Shown here: positions 54,249 through 64,000 of the stretch, piece by piece
Layout: every line of letters begins with the position of its first letter
Numbering within the stretch: position 1 is the stretch's first letter
Assembly (NCBI GenBank): GCA_963823035.1
Contig: CAWGKG010000022.1
Coordinates: 1-64,000, forward strand
From: an uncultured Gemmatimonadales bacterium
Lineage (GTDB): Bacteria; Gemmatimonadota; Gemmatimonadetes; Longimicrobiales; Gaopeijiaceae
DNA length: 64,000 nt
Direction: 5' to 3'
Program-made: the position numbers and the translations under genes
The notes under the pieces: model-generated
What the model was told of the DNA's origin: nothing
Database searches by the model: none
The model's input: the letters and a program-made list of their open reading frames with translations, nothing else

Positions 54249-55016
54249 CTACCCCGATGGACTCCACGGTTCCGCGATCGCCTCCGATTCCAGCACCTGT
54301 GGACGGTACGTGCCGATCATGCGCCTCGCGTCCTCCCACCAGCTCCGCCGCCGCACCAGGACCAGCTCGAGCGTGTCCTCGCCCGACTCCACCCCGTCCA
54401 CCCACACGTAGTGCACGTCGCCCAACGTGGCGGGCCTCGGGATGCGGTAGCTCGCGCCACGCCAGGAGAAGGTCACGAAGTCGGCGCGCTCGAAGTCCTC
54501 CGAGCGCCACGGCTGCTCCAGGTACCAGCTCCGCTCGACGCGGAACACGCCGCCCTTCAGGTCGTCCCCGCGCTGGTAGTACCACGGATCGAAGTCCAGC
54601 CCCTCGTTGCGGTTGAAGAGCTGGTCCATGGCGTAGTCCACGTCCTCGAGGTCGTCCGCGCCCGCCAGCGACTCCAGGTGGTGGCGGAGCTCGTGGGTGA
54701 GCGTCTCCCACAGCTCTCCTTCCCAGTCGAACTCCGGGTCCTTGGCCGCCAGACTGCGGAAGGACCCCCAGTAGAGCACCACGACGGAGCGCGTGGTATC
54801 CGGGCCGGCATAGTCCGACGCGTAGTCCTCGGTGACGCACTCGCCGAGCGTGTAGATGTCGGGGAGCGTGGGGTGCGCGACGGACTCGCGGCTCACGACG
54901 AGGCCTTCCACCCCCTCGGTGTACTCCTCGGGGATCGAATCGAACGCCTCGCGGGCGGCCCGCTCGAAGGCCTTGTACTTCATGGGCGCCGAAGGAAGCC
55001 TGTCGCCCGCGGTCAT
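54249..55016 (-). CDS. Zincin-like metallopeptidase family protein
   Basis: LGEC, VVLYWGSF, TLTHELRHH (HExxH). Confidence 0.75.
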   Translation of the reverse strand: MTAGDRLPSAPMKYKAFERAAREAFDSIPEEYTEGVEGLVVSRESVAHPTLPDIYTLGECVTEDYASDYAGPDTTRSVVVLYWGSFRSLAAKDPEFDWEGELWETLTHELRHHLESLAGADDLEDVDYAMDQLFNRNEGLDFDPWYYQRGDDLKGGVFRVERSWYLEQPWRSEDFERADFVTFSWRGASYRIPRPATLGDVHYVWVDGVESGEDTLELVLVRRRSWWEDARRMIGTYRPQVLESEAIAEPWSPSG

Positions 55017-56485
55017 GTCGCGCCTACGTGGGCTCTCCGGCGTCGTCGGAACGGGTCTCCGACCCCGCCAGCCACCGGTTGGCCAGCACGAGCACGACGA
55101 GCACCACCGCCCACTGGATGAGCACCGTGCCGATGTTGTAGGGGCTGAAGAGCGTCCAGGTCGCGCTGCCGCCCTCGCCCCGCGCGTCCCACAGCCACCA
55201 CCCGAGCACGACCACGGCCTCCACGACCACGAGCCGCATCGCCCAGTCCCACCAGGCGCCGATGTGCACGTCCGAGTGGTCGTGGTTGATGTAGCGCTCC
55301 CGCCAGCGCGTCACGCCGTAGCGCAGGATGGCGATGGCGAAGAAGAGCCCGGAAACGGCGAGCCCGGCCCCCCACACCCAGTCCTGGTTCTGGAAGAAGC
55401 CGATCTTCAGCGCGGAGGGGATGCCGAACAGCACGCCCGCCGTGCCGACGATGGCGATCGCCTTGCCGCGCGCCACGCCGCGGTCCATCAGGACCCGCGC
55501 CGCAAGCTCGATCATCGCCACGAGGCTCGTCCACGCCGCGAAGACGAGCGCGAGGAAGAAGAGGGCCATGAAGAAGCGCCCGCCCGGAATGAGCGCGAAG
55601 AGCTGCGGGATCCAGATGAAGGTCAGCCCCTCGTTGCCGGCGCCCACGATCTGGGAGGCGGCGTCGGGCATCACGGAGAAGACGGTGCACAGCACCATGA
55701 TCCCGGCCAGCAGCGACATCGAGTTGTTGCCGAAGCCGATGACGAAGGCGTTGAGGGCCGTGTCCTCCTCCTTGCGCATGTACACCGCGTACGTGGTGAT
55801 CAGCCCCCACCCCGCGCCCGTGTCCCACGCGTTCTGCGTCAGCGCCTGCAGCCAGATGTTGTAGTCCTTCAGCTCGGACAGGTGGGGCGTGAAGAGGAAC
55901 GCCAGCCCACGCGACGCCCCCGGGAGCATCAGGGCGCGCACGGCCAACACCACCACGAGGAGGACCAGGCTCGGGATGAGGATCTTGGCCGCCGCGCTCG
56001 ATCCCCTTCACGCCCTTCGACACCACGAAGAGGCCGAGGGCCATCGCGACCAGGTGGGTCACCACCGCCTGCGGCGTCGAGTTGAAGCCGTTCCAGAAGG
56101 CGTCGGGGACGGCGGTCGGGATCGCGCCGGTGAGGGTGGCGACGAAGAAGCGGATCGTCCACCCCATCACCACCGAGTAGTAGAACATGATCGCGGTGGC
56201 CACGAACGCGACCCACGCCCCCATCCACGCGAAGCCCGGCCCCATCGTGCGCGCGAAGGCCCCCACCGGACCTCGCCGCGTGCCCTTGCCGATCGCGAAC
56301 TCGGCGATGATGAGCGGCACGGACCAGGCCAGGAGGAAGACGGCCCAGGCCACGAGGAACGAGCCTCCCCCGTTGGACGCCGCGATGCGGGGAAAGCGCC
56401 AGATGTTGCCGGTGCCCACCGCCATGCCCAGCATGGCGAGGAGCATTCCCCACCGCGAGCTGAAGACCTCGGACTTCGACGCCAC
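55013..56485 (-). CDS. Neurotransmitter:sodium symporter (NSS) family transporter (indel near 55995)
   Basis: FSSRWG, AVGTGNIWRFP, NGGGSF, FYYSVVMGW, KGIE, GLTF. Confidence 0.93.
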   Translation of the reverse strand: MASKSEVFSSRWGMLLAMLGMAVGTGNIWRFPRIAASNGGGSFLVAWAVFLLAWSVPLIIAEFAIGKGTRRGPVGAFARTMGPGFAWMGAWVAFVATAIMFYYSVVMGWTIRFFVATLTGAIPTAVPDAFWNGFNSTPQAVVTHLVAMALGLFVVSKGVKGIERGGQDPHPEPGPPRGGVGRARPDAPGGVAWAGVPLHAPPVRAEGLQHLAAGADAERVGHGRGVGADHHVRGVHAQGGGHGPQRLRHRLRQQLDVAAGRDHGAVHRLLRDARRRLPDRGRRQRGADLHLDPAALRAHSGRALLHGPLLPRARLRGVDEPRGDDRACGAGPDGPRRGARQGDRHRRHGGRAVRHPLRAEDRLLPEPGLGVGGRARRFRALLRHRHPALRRDALAGALHQPRPLGRAHRRLVGLGDAARGRGGRGRARVVAVGRAGRGRQRDLDALQPLQHRHGAHPVGGGARRARAGQPVAGGVGDPFRRRRRAHVGAT

Positions 56486-56672
56486 GGGCTCACTCCGTCG
56501 AACGGGCAGAGTCGGACACGGCCGCTCCCCCCTCGGGAGTCGGCCGCCGCCCAGTATACGGGTGCCCGCGGGAGGGGGCTACCGCGCGGGCCGCTCCGGC
56601 GCCGCACGGGGGATGGCGGGCGCGCACCTCGCCGCGCACCTTTGCCGGCGAACCCCACCACCCGCGAACAGG

Positions 56673-58397
56673 ATGCCGAGCATGACCCATCGCACCCGCG
56701 CCTCCGCCCTCCTTCTCGCGCTCCTCGCCGCCGCGAGCGCGTCCGCCTGCGCGCGCTCCGAGGCGTACGACGTCATCGTGGAGCACGGCACGCTCATCGA
56801 CGGCATGGGCACCGATGGGCGTCGGGCCGACGTGGCGATCCAGGACGGCCGCATCGTCGCGGTCGGGGACCTGGCGGGGGAGGCGGCCCGGCAGCGCGTG
56901 GACGCGACCGGCAAGGTGGTGGCACCCGGCTTCATCGACATGCTCGGCCAGTCCGAGCTGACGATCCTCGTGAACCCCCACCTCCCCTCGAAGATCTTCC
57001 AGGGGATCACCACCGAGATCACCGGTGAGGGCGGCTCGATCGCGCCGCTCGACGACCGCATCGTGGCGGCCGACCGCGTCGGCTTCGAGCACCTGGGCAT
57101 CACGCCGGACTGGCGCACGCTCGGAGAGTACTTCGCCCGGCTCGAGCGGCAGGGCATCGGCATCAACCTGGCCACGTACGTGGGGGCGACGCAGGTCCGC
57201 CGCATGGTGCTCGGCGACGACGACGTGCAACCCACGCCGGCGCAGCTCGACAGCATGAAGGCGCTGGTGGCACGGGCGATGGAGGAGGGCGCCGTCGGCG
57301 TCTCGACCTCGCTCCAGTACGCCCCCGCCCCGTACGCCACCACCGAGGAGCTGATCGCGCTGGCCTCCGAGGCGTCGCGCTACCACGGCGTGTACGCGAC
57401 GCACATGCGCTCCGAGGGCGACGCCGTGCTCCAGGCCCTGGACGAAGCGATCCGCATCGGCAGCGAAGCGGACATCCCGGTGGAGGTGTGGCACATCAAG
57501 GCCGCCGGCACGCACAACTGGGGCCGCATGGAGGAGATCGTCGCGAAGGTCGACTCGGCACGCGCGGCCGGCGTGCGCATCAGCGCGGACACCTACGCGT
57601 ACACGGCGTGGTTCAACTCCCTCTCGGCGTTCGTGCCGCCCTGGGCGCACGACGGTGGCGACGCGAAGCTCATCGAGCGGCTCCAGGACCCGTCCACGCG
57701 GGCGCGCATCCGCAGCGACATGCTCACCCCCTCCTCGGAGTGGGACAACGAGTGGCAGGAGATCCCCGGGCCCGAGGCCGTTCTCGTCTCCGTGGTGCAG
57801 AACCCCGAGCTGCGGAGCCTGCAGGGGAAGAACCTCGCCCAGATCGCGGAGATGCAGGGGAAGGACCCGATCGACGCGCTCCTGGACCTCCTGGTCGCCG
57901 ACCACGCGTACAGCTTCGGCGCCGTGTTCGGGATGTCCCAGGAGGACGTGTCCCTCGCCCTCCGTCAGCCCTGGGTGAGCATCGACAACGACTCGCAGGG
58001 CACCGCGCCCGACGGGATGCTGGGGGAGGAGCACCCCCATCCCCGCGCCTACGGCACCTTCCCGCGCATCCTGCGGAAGTACGTCCGCGAGGACAGCCTG
58101 ATCACGCTGCCCGAGGCGATCCGGAAGTTCACGTCGCTCGCGGCGAACAAGATGCACCTCGTCGACCGGGGCACCGTCACGGAGGGGAACTGGGCGGACC
58201 TGGTGGTCTTCGACCCCGACAGCGTGCGCGACCTGGCCACCTTCGAGGAGCCCAACCAGCTCAGCGTCGGGATGGACTGGGTGTTCGTGAACGGGGTGGC
58301 GGTCATCGCCGACGGGAAGGCCACGGACGCGCTGCCCGGACAGGTGCTGCGCGGGCCGGGATACCACGGCTCGCAGGTGCCCGGAGGGGACCGGTAG
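56673..58397 (+). CDS. N-acyl-D-amino-acid deacylase (amidohydrolase), exported
   Basis: Signal or lipoprotein N-terminus, VVAPGFID, QGITTEITGEG, THMRSE, HIK, HPRAYGTFPR. Confidence 0.88.
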   Translation: MPSMTHRTRASALLLALLAAASASACARSEAYDVIVEHGTLIDGMGTDGRRADVAIQDGRIVAVGDLAGEAARQRVDATGKVVAPGFIDMLGQSELTILVNPHLPSKIFQGITTEITGEGGSIAPLDDRIVAADRVGFEHLGITPDWRTLGEYFARLERQGIGINLATYVGATQVRRMVLGDDDVQPTPAQLDSMKALVARAMEEGAVGVSTSLQYAPAPYATTEELIALASEASRYHGVYATHMRSEGDAVLQALDEAIRIGSEADIPVEVWHIKAAGTHNWGRMEEIVAKVDSARAAGVRISADTYAYTAWFNSLSAFVPPWAHDGGDAKLIERLQDPSTRARIRSDMLTPSSEWDNEWQEIPGPEAVLVSVVQNPELRSLQGKNLAQIAEMQGKDPIDALLDLLVADHAYSFGAVFGMSQEDVSLALRQPWVSIDNDSQGTAPDGMLGEEHPHPRAYGTFPRILRKYVREDSLITLPEAIRKFTSLAANKMHLVDRGTVTEGNWADLVVFDPDSVRDLATFEEPNQLSVGMDWVFVNGVAVIADGKATDALPGQVLRGPGYHGSQVPGGDR

Positions 58398-58441
58398 GGG
58401 CGGGCCCGTCACGTTCGGGCGGCGCTCGTCGTTCCTCCCGC

Positions 58442-59257
58442 ATGAAGAAGATCCTCCTCCTGGCGGCGCTTCTCGGCGTCGCCGCGTGTGACGACGGCGC
58501 CACGGGCGTCGTCATCGAGTACCTCCCCGCCACCGTCCTGGTGGAGGTGAGCGGCGGGATCGCCGGGGCGGACTACGCCTTCCTGCGCACGGCCGACGAC
58601 GTCCTCGTCGGCGTGCGCTGCAACGTGCTCTGCGACTTCCAGGCGGGGGACACCCTTCACGTCCTCTCCGAGGTCCAGGCGGGACTCCTCGCCCTGAGGC
58701 TCGGCGACGCGGCGGCGACGACCGGCGACCACGACTACGGCGTGCCCTGCTGCGACCAGTTCGCGTACCGGCTCACCTTCACGGACGGGCCGAACCGGAC
58801 GACGGTGCGGGGCGCGACGTCGACGCTTCCGGAGGCCTATCGACGGCTGGTCGCGCTCCTCGATCAGCTCCGCAGGGGCATCGCGCCCGTGATCGTCGCG
58901 GAGGGACACCCGATCGAGGGTGGGCCGGACGATGCGGTCGAGATCCTCGACGCGAAGCTCGACGCGCCCCTCCTGGAGCTCACCGTGCGCTACGGCGGCG
59001 GGTGCGCCCGGCACGACTTCGACTTGATCGTCGCGTCGGGGTGGCGGGAGTCCTTCCCGGTGCAGGTGGACGTCGACCTGGCCCACGACGGCCACGACGA
59101 CCCCTGCGACGCCCTTCCCACGGAGACGGTCCGCTTCGACCTGACGCCGCTGCGCGAGGCCTACGAGGAGAGCTACGGCTCCGGGCCCGGAGCCATGGCG
59201 ATCCAGCTCGGGGCCGCCTCGGGAGGGTCGCGCACGACCGTGACCTGGAGCTTCTAG
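58442..59257 (+). CDS. Two-domain lipoprotein of unknown function
   Basis: MKKILLLAALLGVAAC; EVSGGIAG..CCDQFAY domain; YGGGC..H.F.L..ESFPVQ..DPCDA domain. Confidence 0.8.
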   Translation: MKKILLLAALLGVAACDDGATGVVIEYLPATVLVEVSGGIAGADYAFLRTADDVLVGVRCNVLCDFQAGDTLHVLSEVQAGLLALRLGDAAATTGDHDYGVPCCDQFAYRLTFTDGPNRTTVRGATSTLPEAYRRLVALLDQLRRGIAPVIVAEGHPIEGGPDDAVEILDAKLDAPLLELTVRYGGGCARHDFDLIVASGWRESFPVQVDVDLAHDGHDDPCDALPTETVRFDLTPLREAYEESYGSGPGAMAIQLGAASGGSRTTVTWSF

Positions 59258-59267
59258 CGCCTAGGGG

Positions 59268-59729
59268 TCAGGCGGTCGTCAGCTCGGAGGTGCAGAACGG
59301 GCAACGCTTCGCGTTGATGGGGATCGAGGACGTGCAGAACGGGCAGTCCTTCGTGGTCGGCGCCGGGGCAGCGACCTCTTCCTTACGCTTCAGACGGTTG
59401 ATCGCGCGGATCACCAGGAACACCGCGAACGCCACGATCAGGAAGCTCACGATGGCATTCAGGAAGAGCCCGAAGTTGAGCGTGACCGCGCCCGCCTCCT
59501 TCGCCGCCGCGAGCGACGCGTAGGGCCCGGGCGTGGCGCCCTGCTGCAGCACGATCATCATCTGGCTGAAGTCGATGTTGCCGACCAGCATGCCGATCGG
59601 GGGCATCATGACGTCGTCGACGAAGCTCTTCACCACGGTGCCGAACGCGCCTCCGATGATGATGCCGACCGCCATGTCGACGACGTTGCCTTTGACCGCG
59701 AACTCCTTGAACTCCTTGACCATGCCCAT
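59268..59729 (-). CDS. mscL: Large-conductance mechanosensitive channel with C-terminal double CxxC
   Basis: [45 protein letters not shown] tail. Confidence 0.95.
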   Translation of the reverse strand: MGMVKEFKEFAVKGNVVDMAVGIIIGGAFGTVVKSFVDDVMMPPIGMLVGNIDFSQMMIVLQQGATPGPYASLAAAKEAGAVTLNFGLFLNAIVSFLIVAFAVFLVIRAINRLKRKEEVAAPAPTTKDCPFCTSSIPINAKRCPFCTSELTTA

Positions 59730-59763
59730 GCGCACCTCGGGTGTCGGGTGTTGAAGGGGCCTG

Positions 59764-61081
59764 CTACCTGGAGCCGATCCCGCACCCACGCCACCACCCG
59801 ATCCGTCCCCACCCGCACCTGCTCCAGCGTATCACGGTCCCGCAGGGTGACCGTGTCGTCCTCGTTGGTCTGCCCGTCCACGGTGAGGCACCACGGGGTG
59901 CCCGCCTCGTCCTGCCGCCGGTAGCGCCGGCCGATCGAGCCGGCCTCGTCGTAGAAGGACGGGATGGACGCCCTGCGCAGCTCCTGGTGGATGCGCGTCG
60001 CGATCTCCGGGAGGCCGTCCTTCTTCATCAGGGGGAAGACCGCCACCTTCAGCGGCGCGAGACGCGGGTGCAGCGCCAGCACCACGCGCAGCTCACCCTC
60101 CACCTCCTCCTCGCGGTACGCGTCCGCGAGCGCCACCAGCATCGTCCGGTCGACCCCGACCGCCGTCTCGATGACGTAGGGGAGGAAGCGCTTGTTGGAC
60201 TGCGGCTCGATGTACTCCAGCCGCTTCCCCGAGTACTCCTGGTGGCGTCCGAGGTCGAAGTCCGTGCGGTTGTGGATCCCCTCGAACTCCTTCCATCCGA
60301 AGGGATACTCGTACTCGATGTCGAACGCCTTCTTGGCGTAGTGCGCCAGCTCGTCGGGCCCGTGCTCGTGGAAGCGGAGCTTCTCCGGCCGGATGCCGAG
60401 GGAGAGGTGCCACGCCATGCGCGCCTCCTTCCAGTGCTCGAACCACTCGTCGTCCGTGCCGGGCTCGACGAAGAACTGCATCTCCATCTGCTCGAACTCA
60501 CGCGTGCGGAAGATGAAGTTCCCGGGCGTGATCTCGTTCCTGAACGCCTTGCCGATCTGCGCGATCCCGAAGGGGATCTTCTGGCGCGCGGAGCCCTGGA
60601 CGTTCAGGAAGTTGACGTAGGAGCCCTGCGCGGTCTCGGGGCGGAGGTAGACGGTGGCCGCGGCGTCCTCCACCGGCCCCATGAACGTCTTGAACATGAG
60701 GTTGAAGGACCGCGCCTGGCCGAACGCGCCCTTGGTGCCGCACACGGGGCACTGCCCGTCGGCGACCTCCGGGAGGTCTGCCCGGAAGCGCCGGTTGCAG
60801 TTCGAGCACTCCACGAGCGGGTCGGTGAAGCCCTCCACGTGGCCGGAGGCCTCCCACACGCGCGGGTGCATCAGGATGGCGGCGTCGAGCCCTTCGATGT
60901 CGTCGCGCTGGTGGACCATCGCGCTCCACCAGAGGTCCTTCACGTTGCGCTTGAGCTCCACCCCGAGGGGGCCGTAGTCCCACACGGACCCCGTTCCTCC
61001 GTAGATTTCGGAGGATTGGAAGATGTATCCGCGCCGCTTCGTGAGCGACACGAGCTTGTCCATGAGGTCGGTGCTGGCCAT
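59764..61081 (-). CDS. glyQS: Glycine--tRNA ligase, alpha2 type (3' end approximate)
   Basis: [47 protein letters not shown]. Confidence 0.95.
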
Positions 61082-61230
61082 CGAAATATCCGTGATTCCC
61101 TTTGTCGTGCGGGGATTCGTCGCGTGGTGATTCGGGGGCGTAAGGTATCCGCCGCCCCCGGGGCGATCAACGGTGCGGGGGCACAGAACCCTCGCGACCC
61201 CCGAAGTGTAGGAGGCACGACCCCGGAGCC

Positions 61231-61866
61231 GTGCCCGAGACGGAACACTCGACCCACGAGCAACGCATGCTGACGTTCACAGACAAGGCCCGAGACGTCG
61301 TCCGCTCCTTCCTCGACCAGAGCGGGGGGGATCTCGCGGCGCTGCGCATCTCGGCGGACGGGGGCAGCCCCGTCGCACCCCGCTTCGAGCTGACCCTGGT
61401 GAGCCTGGAGGAGCAGCTCGCCGACGAGCGTGAGGTCGAGGGCCCCGGCTTCCCCGTCCTGATACGGGAGTCCGAGGCGTCGCGGCTGGAGGGCGCCACG
61501 GTCGACTTCGTGGAGCGCGTCAACGAGAGCGGGTTCGAGGTGCGCCCGGCCGCAGACGCCGGCCAAGGCGCCCGACCCTCGGCACCCGACGCGCCGAAGG
61601 GTGAGATCGCGGACCGCGTGCGCCAGGTGCTGGACACCCAGGTGAACCCGGCGATCGCGTCCCACGGAGGGATGATCTCGCTGGTCGGAATCGAAGACAC
61701 GGAGATCTACGTAGAGATGAGCGGAGGGTGCCAGGGATGCGCCCTCTCACGGATGACGCTGCGCCAGGGCGTGGAGAAGATGTTGCGGCAGGCGATCCCC
61801 GAGTTGACCGCCGTCCACGACATCACCGACCACGCCTCGGGGGAGAATCCCTTCTTCCAGCACTGA
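61231..61866 (+). CDS. nfuA: NfuA-like Fe-S carrier (degenerate A-type domain plus NifU domain)
   Basis: AGGAGG ribosome-binding site; LEGATVDF; VNPAIASHGG, GGCQGC, DITDHASGENPF. Confidence 0.9.
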   Translation: MPETEHSTHEQRMLTFTDKARDVVRSFLDQSGGDLAALRISADGGSPVAPRFELTLVSLEEQLADEREVEGPGFPVLIRESEASRLEGATVDFVERVNESGFEVRPAADAGQGARPSAPDAPKGEIADRVRQVLDTQVNPAIASHGGMISLVGIEDTEIYVEMSGGCQGCALSRMTLRQGVEKMLRQAIPELTAVHDITDHASGENPFFQH

Positions 61867-61882
61867 GGAGCCCGCCAGACCG

Positions 61883-62784
61883 ATGCGCCGGGCCTTGGGG
61901 ACGGATCGTGAGCGCGCCCTCCTGTCGAGGGCTCTGACGGCCGTCGTCACCGGGACCGTGCTGGCCACCTGCGCCTCCTCCGCGTCGGCCCAGGCGTGCA
62001 GCCGTCCGTGCGTGGGCCCACGCCGCGGTGCCGTGCTCGCGGCGGGCGGGGGTGAGCTCGGATCGGAGATCTACGCGCGCTTCCTCGCCCTCGCGGGCGG
62101 CGCCGGCGCGCACGTCGTGCTCATCCCCACCGCCGGTGCCGAAGAGGGATCGCACGATGCCTGGACCGCGCTGGAGGCGCTCCAGAGGGCCGGCGCCCAA
62201 CACATCGAGGTTCTGCACACCCGCAACCGGTCCGTGGCCGACCTCGAGGCGTTCGCCTCGCCCCTGCGCGACGCGACCGGCGTGTGGATCTCGGGTGGAC
62301 GCCAGTTCCGCCTGGTGGATGTGTACCTGGGCACCCGAACGCAGCGCGAGATGGAGGGAGTGCTCGAGCGCGGCGGCGTGATCGGCGGCAACTCGGCCGG
62401 AGCCTCCGTGCTGGCGTCCACGCTGATCCGCGGGGGCTCCTCCGACAACGACGCCGTTCTCGACCGCGACCGGGAGCAGGGGTTCGGCTTCCTGCGGGGC
62501 GTCGCCATCGACCAGCATCTCCTGGCCCGCGGTCGGGAGAACGACCTGATCGCCGTGCTGCGCGACCACCCGGAGCTGCTCGGCATCGGCGTGGACGAGG
62601 CCACCGCCCTGGTCGTCACCGGCGACATGGGCTCGGTCATCGGCAAGGGACGCGTCGCGATCTACGACTTCACGGACCCGCTCGCCCTGATCCCCCTCCG
62701 TTACCTGGTGCGGGGGGACGTCTACGACCTCGGCGCCCGCCAGGTCGTGCTCACCGCCGACGTCGCGGGCCCGGAGCACGCTGA
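61883..62784 (+). CDS. Cyanophycinase-like S51 peptidase with signal peptide (stop one base out of frame)
   Basis: Own translation from ATG 61883: AAGGG, LIPTA, ISGGRQ, GNSAGA, IDQH, GIGVDEATA. Confidence 0.85.
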
Positions 62785-62815
62785 GGCACGCGTCCCGGCA
62801 GGCCGAGGTGGCCCG

Positions 62816-64000
62816 TCAGCGGAAGCCCGCCGCGCGCACCCGATCCACGAGCACGCCGACCAGACGATCGGTCGTCACCTTGTCGAGCGACCCGAGGGCG
62901 TCCAGCGCCTCGGTGATCCGATCCACCATCCCCCACATCTCGTCGCCGAGCGCCTTGGTGGCAGGCACGGCCTCCAGCACCGGATCGCGCGAGTAGCCAC
63001 CGGCGGCCGGCGCGTATTCGATGTCCGCCTCGTTGCGCAGCAGGAACTGGTGCAGGTCGAGCGCGGCGTTGACCAGGTCGTCCATCTCGGCGTACGCCTC
63101 GAACCGGTCGGCGCGCGTCGCCAGGAAGCCCGAGTCCGCCCTGGCGAGGAGGAGGGCGGCGGTGTCGCCCTCGATGCCCGCTTGCTCGAGGCGGGTCACG
63201 TACTGGTCGTGGAAGACGCGCGTGTCGGTGTCCCGGACCCGGTCGACCAACGACTCGATCCCCGTCCAATAGGCCTCGATGTCCGGGTACTGGCTGGCGT
63301 TGGCCAGATAGGCGCCGGAAAGCCAGTCGTTGCGGGGCTCGTTCTGGAGCTTCATCTCGCCGGGAAGGGCGCGCAGCGCCGCCGCCATCCCTTCGAGCGC
63401 CTCGTCGCCGAGCTGGCGCATCCTCGGCTCGAGCTCCTGCGGGATGTCCGGGATCGTCACGGGAGGAAGCTCCGGCGTCGTCGCCTCGTCGCCCAAGCGC
63501 CCGATTCGGCTGCCGAAGGCCTTCCAGCCGAGATAGCCGCCGCCGCCGACGGCCGCCAGCACGAGGATCCACCCGATGAAAGGGGCGAGCGAGCGCCGCT
63601 GCACACGCTTCGGTGGGGAGGGACGGGAGCGGGGCTCCGGTCGATCCGGACGTGGGACGGGACGGGGTGTCGGCGTGGGCGACGGAGGCTCGAGGAACGC
63701 GTCGACGTCGGCTTCGAGGTCGGCGCCGCCCGGCCCGAAGCGCATCGTTCCGACCTCCTCCTCCCCGCCCCAGTCGGGCCCGTTCTGCTCGATCCAGGCT
63801 GGAGGCGCATCGCCTCCCTGCCCCCCCATCGACGGGTCGAAATCCCCACTCTGGTCGAGCGCCCCGGCCGAGAAGTCCACGAGCCCCTCGTCGGGGCCGG
63901 CGTTGCCACCCGGCGACTCCGCTCGCGCGTCGGAGGGATCCAACGGCGGCGAGGCACCAGGATCGAACTCCGGAAGGTCCGCGACCTGATCCAGATCGAG
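62816..64000 (-). CDS. Membrane protein with acidic low-complexity linker, one transmembrane helix and a helical domain (5' partial)
   Basis: Frame open to the window edge; transmembrane FIGWILVLAAVGGGGYLGW. Confidence 0.7.
   Translation of the reverse strand, partial: LDLDQVADLPEFDPGASPPLDPSDARAESPGGNAGPDEGLVDFSAGALDQSGDFDPSMGGQGGDAPPAWIEQNGPDWGGEEEVGTMRFGPGGADLEADVDAFLEPPSPTPTPRPVPRPDRPEPRSRPSPPKRVQRRSLAPFIGWILVLAAVGGGGYLGWKAFGSRIGRLGDEATTPELPPVTIPDIPQELEPRMRQLGDEALEGMAAALRALPGEMKLQNEPRNDWLSGAYLANASQYPDIEAYWTGIESLVDRVRDTDTRVFHDQYVTRLEQAGIEGDTAALLLARADSGFLATRADRFEAYAEMDDLVNAALDLHQFLLRNEADIEYAPAAGGYSRDPVLEAVPATKALGDEMWGMVDRITEALDALGSLDKVTTDRLVGVLVDRVRAAGFR

Noticed and set aside
59290..59345. 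Direct repeat GTGCAGAACGGGCA
   Set aside because: It simply encodes the two CPFCT motifs of MscL.
59630..59763. GlyRS overlapping mscL by 100 nt
   Set aside because: Homology ends near 59770 and a TAG lies one base out of frame; an indel is more likely.

Overview
GC-rich bacterial chromosomal segment (roughly 70% GC by eye, not computed). It is from a diderm organism, and gene content and style suggest Gemmatimonadota (inference). About 60 CDSs are present. Housekeeping genes include the metH C-terminus, a yitJ-like gene, pepP, thrC, queD-like, priA, carB, nth, glyQS, mscL and nfuA. The window also has many peptidases and envelope proteins, NatAB-like and MacAB-TolC exporters, and three ECF sigma/anti-sigma modules. 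Many genes, including conserved housekeeping ones, are split by indels, most simply explained as long-read consensus errors, so many boundaries are reconstructed across frames. No rRNA, tRNA, CRISPR array, transposase or integrase was recognised. Most interesting candidates: (1) an ECF sigma operon whose anti-sigma and a co-encoded outer-membrane protein both end in a CBM48-like glycogen-binding domain, with no glycoside hydrolase nearby; (2) an M6 metalloprotease with a dockerin-like tail coupled to a possibly cohesin-like lipoprotein; (3) a 60-aa ORF with its own terminator, preceded by an array of CGTGTC-N5-GACACG palindromes; (4) an unlisted 38-aa MetS-like NSS-transporter small subunit lying 6 kb from its likely partner.
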